Shown here: piece by piece, positions 24,205 to 32,000 of the stretch
How the letters are laid out: each line of letters opens with the position of its first letter
How positions within the stretch are numbered: the first letter of the stretch is position 1
Assembly: GCF_000219175.1 (NCBI RefSeq)
Contig: NC_015735.1
Coordinates: 270,001-302,000 of the forward strand
DNA length: 32,000 nt
Direction of reading: 5' to 3'
Origin: Candidatus Moranella endobia PCIT
GTDB lineage: Bacteria; Pseudomonadota; Gammaproteobacteria; Enterobacterales; Enterobacteriaceae
Notes under the pieces: generated by a model
Database searches by the model: none
Seen by the model: only the letters and a program-made list of their open reading frames with translations
What the model was told of the DNA's origin: nothing
Translations under genes and position numbers: made by a program

Positions 24205-24780
24205 TTAATAGTAAGAGTGTTTGCCGTGATGGTGCTCCGTTGAATCCCGTACTCCCTTAAGCTCAGGAAATCTTTCTAGCAGCTTTTTCTCAATCAATGT
24301 TTTAAGTGTGTAGTCCACCATAGAACAACCGTTACAGCCACCGCTGAAATGAAGAATAGCAAACATATCATTAGTTATTCCTATGAGTTTTACTTGACCA
24401 CCATGGCTTGCCAACTGCGGATTAATCTGCGATAGTAATAAAAATTCCACACGTTCAATCAGCGGAGCATCGTCGCTCACTTGGTGCATTTTAACGTTTG
24501 GTGCTTTCAGCGTAAGCTTCGAACCAAGTTTATCTGTGACGAAATTAATTTCTGCATCCTGCAAGTAAGGCGCGGATATATTATCAATATAGGCAGATAT
24601 TGTATCGAACTTTAGCTCAGTATCAGTGGCATCTATCGTGTTTGGTAAGCAATACGAAACACCACATTCTGCATTAGGTGTACCAGGATTAATAACAAAT
24701 ACACGAATCTGTGTACCCGGTTCTTGAGTTGATAATAATTTAGCAAAATGCTCTTGAGCAGCATTAGTAATCCTAATCAT
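24205..24780 (-). CDS. nfuA: Fe-S biogenesis protein NfuA
   Basis: 191 aa; [66 protein letters not shown]. Confidence 0.98.
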   Translation of the reverse strand: MIRITNAAQEHFAKLLSTQEPGTQIRVFVINPGTPNAECGVSYCLPNTIDATDTELKFDTISAYIDNISAPYLQDAEINFVTDKLGSKLTLKAPNVKMHQVSDDAPLIERVEFLLLSQINPQLASHGGQVKLIGITNDMFAILHFSGGCNGCSMVDYTLKTLIEKKLLERFPELKGVRDSTEHHHGKHSYY

Positions 24781-25490
24781 AATATTTTCTCAATCAATAG
24801 AAAATAACTAAACATTATATAATATTTCACTATAACAGCGCTGTTTAAGCATGATAAAATTGTTACTAGCATCATCCATTTGCTGAACAAACAGATAAAA
24901 TTAGCACAAAAAGAAATTTTATAGCGGGCACATAACACTACACTATATTCTATATTAGAGTAGGAGGGTATACGTAATAACACTTTAATAAGTAACGTTA
25001 ACCATCAACGTTAGTATCAACTAACGCCTGACCCAGGGTAAACTCAATACTCTCAATTTTTGCCATAACTGTTTGGTACTAGAAAAAAGCTGGTAATTGA
25101 CACTAGTGCCAAAACAACGTAGTACAAAAAACCAACTTCAGATTGGCAGCAGCGCTACAAAGCTAAAATTCGCTCTCCAGCAAACAGTTAAGTCAAGAAC
25201 TAACCGAAAAATTATCAGTAATAAATTCTACTTAGTTAGATAGACGACAATATTTTCTGTAATCACCAATGAAACTGTTTACGAAAATGGTTAAGACATC
25301 AACAATAATTTTAATCAGTAGGATCAAAAACAATCACCAGCCGGCAACAGAATATTAGTTAGTAATCATTCAATTATTAATGTTTTCTGCATTTACAGCT
25401 TATTAATGGCTTTACCTCAATATTTACCTGCTAGTATTAGATGTCCTGAAGTTACCTGATGATTATGCGGTGAAAAGTGATCAGTGATTA

Positions 25491-25742
25491 ATGAGGAAAT
25501 TAACGTTGCTATTATTAGCATTGCTTAGCTGGCTACAATATGCTTTGTGGTTAGGTAAAAACGGCATGCACGATTTCGGACTAATCAAGAATGATATTGT
25601 GATTAAAAAAAGTAACAACGCGCAATTAATAGTCCGTAACGATCATTTATTATCCAAACTTAACCAGTTTAACAATTGTTAAACTGGTTAAGAAATATTA
25701 CGTAATGATGTTGATATTATTAACCCTGGTAGCAATGGTTAA
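25491..25742 (+). pseudogene. ftsB: Degraded or C-terminally truncated ftsB (63-aa intact N-terminal part, then in-frame stops)
   Basis: MRKLTLLLLALLSWLQYALWLGKNGMHDFGLIKND resembles FtsB N-terminus. Same frame continues NNC*TG*EILRNDVDIINPGSNG*, resembling FtsB RNELSMTRPG. In-frame TAA at 25680, 25689 and 25740. Confidence 0.85.
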
Positions 25743-25825
25743 TAAAACAGAACTGGGCGTATCTGTACGCACTATTACAACACGCGCCTGGTCAGCACAA
25801 ATTACCCCCCTATGCTAGGATGCTT
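25741..25825 (+). pseudogene. ispD: Possible ispD remnant with frameshift
   Basis: NKTELGVSV, then in a second frame YALLQHAPG, resembles IspD NQTILEHSVYALLAHPRV; ispD follows ftsB in enterics. Short match only. Confidence 0.33.
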
Positions 25826-25855
25826 GGCTAGCTAATATGGAGTGTAAACCTAAAA

Positions 25856-25888
25856 TAGCTACATCTAATGGTAAATTAGATGTAGCTA
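25856..25888 (-). terminator. Perfect 14-bp hairpin 3' of maoP, probable terminator
   Basis: tagctacatctaat ggtaa attagatgtagcta; in the maoP direction followed by TTTTAGGTTT. Confidence 0.7.
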
Positions 25889-25922
25889 GCAACAATGGAA
25901 ATCACTTCTCACTCAGTAGTGA

Positions 25923-26261
25923 TCAATCGTCTGTATCAGTATATTCCTCTACTACATCCATATGTGGTTTACCTCCCGACAGAGTATGAAAACGCTTGGG
26001 CCGGCGCGTATACTCGACATATTTGAACCAAACCTTCTCATGTTCATTAGAAGGGACTAATTGACCGTGGCACATGGCAACAAATTGCCGTTCAACGTCG
26101 GTTACAGGTTCCCGTTTGCCGCTGTCAAGATCATTATAGGCATGGCCAAAATGCTCCAATAATTGCGCCTCACGAATAGTAAAATGACCATGACGAGAGA
26201 AGCCATGAGGATAATTTTTGTTATCAAAATAACGAGTAGAAGTAAAAAAGTTGTTAACCAT
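25923..26261 (-). CDS. maoP: MaoP (YifE) macrodomain-organisation protein
   Basis: 112 aa; [49 protein letters not shown]...[15 protein letters not shown]...EYTDTDD matches YifE. Confidence 0.95.
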   Translation of the reverse strand: MVNNFFTSTRYFDNKNYPHGFSRHGHFTIREAQLLEHFGHAYNDLDSGKREPVTDVERQFVAMCHGQLVPSNEHEKVWFKYVEYTRRPKRFHTLSGGKPHMDVVEEYTDTDD

Positions 26262-26866
26262 CTTACATGATCTCCTATCTTTAGAATAAAACTATGCTAT
26301 GTATGTATGGTATGGAGTATTAGGCTTGAATGTGTGTTAAACGCAATATTATCATTAATATAATTATTTTTGGGAGCACGCTACGCCGTTAAAAGGTAAT
26401 TTTTTTCCCAACTTAACCATAATATTAGCCTAATCGCGGTAGGGGAACAGCTGTTGCCCTACACATAATTGATGATTATCTGGCTAGTAGATCACCAAAT
26501 TATAATTTGAAGGCGAATAACAGGTATGTTTGGCTGCCGAACAGCCATTGATATAGTCTTAGCTTAGTAACTTACGATACGACAGGCTAACAGCGTATAA
26601 ACAAGAACATAGCCAGGTTTAACATCTAGCTAGTTACTAATAATTACCATTTAAATAATGTGGTTTTGTCTGAAACTAGCAGCTATTAATGTTAAAAAAA
26701 TAGATGATTGCAAGAACAAGCAATAAGAGTGATTGACAGTTATGTTATTAATAATGATTTTAAATATCATCAAGATGAACGATATTAGCAGTAAATTATT
26801 ATGCCCAATACACTATTTATTACCTACGCGCTTTATCTATATCATGAATTAGCATCAATTCTACTG

Positions 26867-26904
26867 CTTTAGCTTAGCCCAATGAAATGGGCTAAGCTAA
26901 AGCT
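26867..26904. terminator. Perfect 16-bp hairpin at 3' side of rpoH; U-tract lies on the + strand side
   Basis: gctttagcttagccca atgaaa tgggctaagctaaagc then ttgtatttttttt on the + strand. Confidence 0.75.
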
Positions 26905-26922
26905 TGTATTTTTTTTCTGTCG

Positions 26923-27780
26923 TCAAGTTTCAATTGCCAGCCGCATTTTCTTCATAGCATTTTTTTCAAGCTGCCGAACACGCTCAGCTGAAACCCCGTA
27001 ACGATTGGCTAGCTCCTGTAGTGTGCTTTTGTTGTCATCATCTAGCCAACGCGCACGTATAATGTCCTGGCTGCGCTCATCGAGACTTTCTAGCACTGTG
27101 CTTAACCTGTCGGTAGCATGATCGTCCCAGTTGTTCTCTTCTATGCGATCGACGAAATTAGATGCTTTATCTTGCAGGTAAAGCATAGGTATCATCGACT
27201 GCCCTGCTTGTATATCATCTTCCGGCGTGGGATCAAACGTGATATCCTGCGCTGCCATGCGGGACTCCATTTCGCGTACATCCTTGCTGGTTACACCCAA
27301 CTCTTTAGCGACGATTTCTACTTCTTGTTGGTTAAACCAGCCTAAACGTTGCTTAGTTTTACGCAAGTTAAAGAACAACTTGCGCTGCGCTTTAGTAGTC
27401 GCTACTTTTACAATACGCCAGTTACGTAGCACATATTCGTGAATTTCTGCCTTGATCCAGTGGACCGCAAATGACACTAACCGCACTCCCACTCCAGGGT
27501 TAAAACGGCGTACAGCTTTCATTAGTCCTATATTGCCTTCCTGAATTAGGTCAGCCTGGGGTAGACCATAACCTGAATAGTTACGCGCAATATGAACAAC
27601 AAAGCGCAAATGAGACAGAATCAGCTGCTTGGCTGCTTCTAAATCTCCTTGATAATGCAGACGTTCAGCTAAAACCTTTTCTTCTTCAGCCGTCAGTATC
27701 TGGTAGGTATTTGTAATCCTAACATAGGCTTCCAAACTGCCCTGGGGAATATAAGCTAACACTTGAATATCTTTGATCAT
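26923..27780 (-). CDS. rpoH: RNA polymerase heat-shock sigma factor sigma-32
   Basis: 285 aa; [50 protein letters not shown], RpoH box [17 protein letters not shown]. Confidence 0.98.
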   Translation of the reverse strand: MIKDIQVLAYIPQGSLEAYVRITNTYQILTAEEEKVLAERLHYQGDLEAAKQLILSHLRFVVHIARNYSGYGLPQADLIQEGNIGLMKAVRRFNPGVGVRLVSFAVHWIKAEIHEYVLRNWRIVKVATTKAQRKLFFNLRKTKQRLGWFNQQEVEIVAKELGVTSKDVREMESRMAAQDITFDPTPEDDIQAGQSMIPMLYLQDKASNFVDRIEENNWDDHATDRLSTVLESLDERSQDIIRARWLDDDNKSTLQELANRYGVSAERVRQLEKNAMKKMRLAIET

Positions 27781-28373
27781 TTATGACCTCGCATTAGCAC
27801 CTTGGATGCCGGTTAAAGGTAAACCTGTGACAGATGATGAGATTAACATTAATCTAACAGCAATAATGAATGAATGCTGCCATTCTGTTAGATAATTTAG
27901 AACAAAAGATAGAGATCATATTCCAATACCAATCAATATTGGGATCATAACAAGATCAATAAAATGTCCACTGTCAACCTAAATAACTTTTAGGATCTGC
28001 CAAGCTAGATAACATCACGTGATTAAGCCTCAATCCATATTGCATACCTTGATCATAATCAGTATACCTATCATAGTAGAGATCTGACTAACTAGGTAGG
28101 TCTATGCATAGTTACATTTCCATCTAATACTGTTATTGAGCTTCCTATACAAGAAAAACAAAAAAAATAGTTTTAACCCATTATCAAGAAAGCCAAGCGC
28201 TAGATAGGACTCTGGCCATGTTTATGTTACATATATACAATAGTATTTATTATTACTGCGGAATAGCCATTAACATCTTTCGGCAGGATAGAAGTAAAAT
28301 ACTTTGCAGCATCTTATTTTGCTTCTACTAAAATCAGTTGTGCTTAGTTAACAGTCTAATCATTATTATTTTT

Positions 28374-29492
28374 TTAAGACATACGGGGTAAAAGTGCATC
28401 AATAAAATCCTTCGCTTTAAATGGACGTAAATCATCAATAGCTTCACCTAAGCCTATATATCTAATAGGGATGCCAAATTTTTCAGCAACTGCAAAAATT
28501 ACCCCACCTTTCGCGGTACCATCTAATTTGGTTAGTGTGATACCAGTAACTCCAACTGCTTCATTGAATAACTTGACTTGGTTAACAGTATTTTGCCCGG
28601 TGTTAGCGTCGATAATTAGCATCACCTCATGGGGAGTATCAACATCAAGCTTTTTCATTACACGAACGATTTTCTGTAGTTCGTCCATTAAGTGCGTTTT
28701 ATTCTGTATACGTCCCGCAGTATCTGCTATTAGTACATCAATACAGCGTGCTTTTGCAGTTTTAACAGCATCAAAGATGACTGATGCGGAGTCAGCGCCA
28801 GTTTGTTGCGCCACTACCGGGATATGATTACGTGCTCCCCATGCCTGAAGCTGTTCCACTGCTGCCGCCCGAAATGTATCTCCCGCTGCTAGTATGATGC
28901 TCTTGCCTTCTGCCTGATATTGATAAGCGATTTTACCGATAGTAGTTGTTTTCCCAACGCCGTTAACTCCTACCATAAGAATAACGAACGGGTTTTTACC
29001 AGTTATATTTAGTGGCTGCTCGACGTGAGCAAGTATGTCTGCCATATTTAAGCGTAATTGGCTGTATAGAGCCTTGGTGTCATTTAGCAGCCGCGTGGCG
29101 TTGGCATTCAAACCATCAATTAGTTTTTGCGTAGTCTCAACTCCAACATCGGCAACGAGTAATTGTTCTTCTAATAGTTCGAAAAAAGCATCATCAATTT
29201 TTTTGTTGTGGAACAATCGAATCAATCCAGAGCCTAGATTCAGGCGGGTATTTATTAAACTTTTTTTCAATCTAGCAAATAATCCAACGCCCCTAGAAAC
29301 AGTTGGTACACCGTCTTCTGCTGGCCACGGAATCTTGTTTTCATGCTGTAAGCTAGTTTTCGGAATTTCAGATAAAGTGGCATCATTTGTGCTAGTTGTA
29401 TCTGTATCTTGTTTTGCTTCTGGTTCTCTATCAGCGGCTTGATAGTTCAAGCCAAACCATTGAACTAACATGCTGTTTTTCTTTGTTGCCAT
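28374..29492 (-). CDS. ftsY: Signal recognition particle receptor FtsY (short N-terminal region)
   Basis: GVNGVGKTTTIGKIAYQYQAEGKSIILAAGDTFRAAAVEQLQAWG, DTAGRIQNKTHLMDELQKIVRVMKKLD, TKLDGTAKGG. ATG at 29492 (MATKKNSMLVQWFG) preferred by resemblance. Confidence 0.97.
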   Translation of the reverse strand: MATKKNSMLVQWFGLNYQAADREPEAKQDTDTTSTNDATLSEIPKTSLQHENKIPWPAEDGVPTVSRGVGLFARLKKSLINTRLNLGSGLIRLFHNKKIDDAFFELLEEQLLVADVGVETTQKLIDGLNANATRLLNDTKALYSQLRLNMADILAHVEQPLNITGKNPFVILMVGVNGVGKTTTIGKIAYQYQAEGKSIILAAGDTFRAAAVEQLQAWGARNHIPVVAQQTGADSASVIFDAVKTAKARCIDVLIADTAGRIQNKTHLMDELQKIVRVMKKLDVDTPHEVMLIIDANTGQNTVNQVKLFNEAVGVTGITLTKLDGTAKGGVIFAVAEKFGIPIRYIGLGEAIDDLRPFKAKDFIDALLPRMS

Positions 29493-29779
29493 TGGCAATA
29501 CTACTCCTGATCTAAAATTGATGTAGGGTAAATAATTTATTAGTTATTAGATAATAATCGCCAGTTTACACTTGACCCTAGTGGAACAATACCAAAAATT
29601 AAGCATTTGTTATTTATTCATTACTATTATTTGTTATTAGTACTAGTCATCGTACTAATAACATAGGTGTCAAATAATATTTGACGAGCATTAAATAAAA
29701 CCGTCATTCAAGAATAATATTAAAACTAGTATAGTAGTTACAGCAACTTCATCGTGCCATCAGTGAGTAGAAAAAAACT

Positions 29780-30871
29780 TCAAACGTTAAACATGAAATT
29801 CATTACGTCGCCATCATTAACCACATAATGTTTACCTTCAGAGCGAATTTTACCGGCTTCTTTGGCGCCAAGCTCTCCTTTATAGAAAAGAAAATCTTCA
29901 AAAGAAATAGTCTGCGCTCGAATAAAGCCTTTTCTAAAATCATTATGAATTTTACCGGATGCCTGTAGTGCGGTAGTGCCTACCGAGATGGTCCAGGCGC
30001 GCAATTCTTTTACTCCTACGGTGAAATATGTTTGCAGATTCAACAGTTTATAGCCGGCGCGAATAACGCTAGTTAAACTTGGTTCTACAAAATCAATTCC
30101 CGCCATGAATGTGTTGCGTGCTTCTGTTTTAAGCTTAGCTATATCGGATTCTACCGCGGCACAGATAGTTACCACAATTGACTCCTCAGCCGCGGCGATA
30201 GCACGCACTTGCTCAACATAAGGGTTATTGTCAAAACTATTTTCATTGACATTAGTGATGTACATCATTGGTTTGATCGTCAAAAAACTAAGATAGTCGA
30301 TTGCCTGTTTCTCATCATTGGATAAATTCAATGTTCGTAGCATACCTGCATTGCTCAGTTGTAACAGGCATTTTTTCAGTGCCGATAGCTCCAACTTAGC
30401 ATGATTATCACCACTTTTTGTAAGTTTTTGCACTCTATTAATGGCACGTTCGCATACTTCTAAATCGGATAAAGCAAGCTCGGTGTTAATGACAGCAATA
30501 TCTTCTGCCGGATCGATTTTACCAGCCACATGAATTATATTGTCGTTTGTAAAGCAACGCACGACATGTCCAATCGCTTCAGTTGTACGGATATGATTGA
30601 GGAACTGGTTGCCTAGACCTTCCCCTTGTGATGCGCCTTTTACCAGACCAGCGATATCGACAAACTCCATGGTTGTTGGTACGATACGCTGCGGTTTGAC
30701 AATTTCCGCCAGCTTATCAAGACGGGGATCGGGCATTGGCACCACTCCAGTATTGGGTTGGATAGTACAAAAAGGGAAATTGGCTGCTTTGATTCCTGCT
30801 TTAGTTAATGCATTAAACAAGGTTGATTTACCAACGTTGGGTAACCCAACAATACCGCATTTGAAACCCAT
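29780..30871 (-). CDS. ychF: Redox-regulated ATPase YchF (Obg-like)
   Basis: [77 protein letters not shown]. Confidence 0.98.
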   Translation of the reverse strand: MGFKCGIVGLPNVGKSTLFNALTKAGIKAANFPFCTIQPNTGVVPMPDPRLDKLAEIVKPQRIVPTTMEFVDIAGLVKGASQGEGLGNQFLNHIRTTEAIGHVVRCFTNDNIIHVAGKIDPAEDIAVINTELALSDLEVCERAINRVQKLTKSGDNHAKLELSALKKCLLQLSNAGMLRTLNLSNDEKQAIDYLSFLTIKPMMYITNVNENSFDNNPYVEQVRAIAAAEESIVVTICAAVESDIAKLKTEARNTFMAGIDFVEPSLTSVIRAGYKLLNLQTYFTVGVKELRAWTISVGTTALQASGKIHNDFRKGFIRAQTISFEDFLFYKGELGAKEAGKIRSEGKHYVVNDGDVMNFMFNV

Positions 30872-30934
30872 AGTTATTTACCTTACATGACCGAATCATA
30901 AGTTAATAAATTACGGATAGACATAATTTATCTA

Positions 30935-31531
30935 TTATTTCACACAAAAATCAAGCTGGTAGGCATGTAAGCGATTAATAGCCTTCTCGGCATTATTATT
31001 AATCATAATCAGTGTGCAATGTATGGCCTCATCGATAGCACCAGCAATCAACTGTAATTCTGTTTTTGGCGGTTGGCTTAGCACAAAGCTAACAACTTTA
31101 TTTTTGGTACCCGGGTGTCCGATACCAATGCGTAGACGGTAGAATTGTGAATTATTACCAAAACTGCTGATAAGATTTTTCAGACCATTATGGCCGCCAT
31201 GACCACCGTCAAGTTTCAACCTCGCACTACCTGGCAATAGATTAAGTTCGTCGTGAGCAACAAGGACTTCCTCAGGTGCAATGTGGTAGAATTTGGCCAT
31301 CGCCATTACCGCTTTACCACTGAGATTCATAAATGTCGTAGGTACTAACAGTAAGACATTTTTATCACGGATGGTCAACTTACCGGTGTATCCGTAGAAT
31401 TTGCTTTCCTTGTTTAACTTTTGATGGTAGTGCTCTGCCAGTAATTCTACATACCAGGCGCCGGCATTGTGGCGGGTAGTAGCGTATTCTTTTCCTGGAT
31501 TGGAAAGGCCAACAATTAATTTGATTGACAC
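30935..31531 (-). CDS. pth: Peptidyl-tRNA hydrolase
   Basis: [63 protein letters not shown]. Confidence 0.98.
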   Translation of the reverse strand: MSIKLIVGLSNPGKEYATTRHNAGAWYVELLAEHYHQKLNKESKFYGYTGKLTIRDKNVLLLVPTTFMNLSGKAVMAMAKFYHIAPEEVLVAHDELNLLPGSARLKLDGGHGGHNGLKNLISSFGNNSQFYRLRIGIGHPGTKNKVVSFVLSQPPKTELQLIAGAIDEAIHCTLIMINNNAEKAINRLHAYQLDFCVK

Positions 31532-31716
31532 TTGTTGATCTCATGAGAAATTAATCAAAAAGCTCTCAAAACTCTCAGCAATTATCGTCACCACAGATCT
31601 TATAAACTGTTATAAATAAAATACATGAATTTTTTACTACTTTAGGTTCAGTACTTACTTATACAGTTCATTTGGTATGGCAGATAGTATGTTTTGCCTT
31701 CAACTTTATTATTCTT

Positions 31717-31763
31717 AAACCTTATGCTTACCCATACCTCATGCCTGGGTAAGCATAAGGTTT
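31717..31763. repeat. Perfect 18-bp inverted repeat (11-nt loop) just 3' of prs
   Basis: aaaccttatgcttaccca tacctcatgcc tgggtaagcataaggttt; ends 5 nt before the prs stop codon. Confidence 0.95.
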
Positions 31764-31768
31764 GGTTA

Positions 31769-32000
31769 TTAATACTCGAACATAGCTGATATTGATTCTT
31801 CGTTGTTTATTCGGCGGATTGCCTCTGCCAGCATTCCGGATAACGTCAAGGTACGCACATTGGTCAATGCTTGGATGGAAGTATCTAGCGGAATCGTGTC
31901 GCAGACAATTACTTCATCGATCAAAGAATTTTTGATATTTTCATATGCCTGGCCTGAAAAAATTGGATGTGTAGCATAGGCAAATACCCTTTTAGCACCG
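31769..32000 (-). CDS. prs: Ribose-phosphate pyrophosphokinase, C-terminal part, continues past right edge
   Basis: Reverse strand ends [29 protein letters not shown], the Prs C-terminus; ychF-pth-prs order as in enterics. Confidence 0.93.
   Translation of the reverse strand, partial: GAKRVFAYATHPIFSGQAYENIKNSLIDEVIVCDTIPLDTSIQALTNVRTLTLSGMLAEAIRRINNEESISAMFEY

Noticed and set aside
24777-24983. 68-aa minus-strand ORF upstream of nfuA
   Set aside because: AT-rich random-looking translation; no homology recognised.
29035-29442. 135-aa + ORF opposite ftsY (also 118-aa ORF at 28471-28827)
   Set aside because: Antisense shadow ORFs, low-complexity hydrophobic/Ser-rich translations.

Overview
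The window looks like an AT-biased, gene-sparse segment of a reduced gammaproteobacterial (Enterobacterales, probably insect-endosymbiont-like) chromosome. That lineage call is inference from protein resemblance, E. coli-like gene blocks, long non-coding spacers and at least one pseudogene. Contents, left to right: nifJ/ydbK (partial, runs off the left edge), pgk-fbaA, ruvX, tRNA-Ile2(CAU), rpoD-dnaG-rpsU, tsaD, efp, aroQ-accB-accC, pheT-pheS-rplT-rpmI-infC-thrS, aroE, tRNA-Pro(CGG), nfuA, a degraded ftsB (possibly with an ispD remnant), maoP(yifE), rpoH, ftsY, ychF, pth and prs (partial, runs off the right edge). I found no phage, IS element, CRISPR array, toxin or defence locus, and no clearly novel multi-gene system. 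The most interesting signals are: a 23-bp perfect hairpin between rpsU and dnaG; a set of long perfect intergenic palindromes; a pheST attenuator terminator without a Phe-rich leader peptide; ftsB with in-frame stops together with no ftsEX between ftsY and rpoH; a relocated accC start behind a 457-bp spacer containing a 22-bp palindrome; a tRNA-Ile2 gene without an encoded CCA; AUU as infC start; and retention of maoP.
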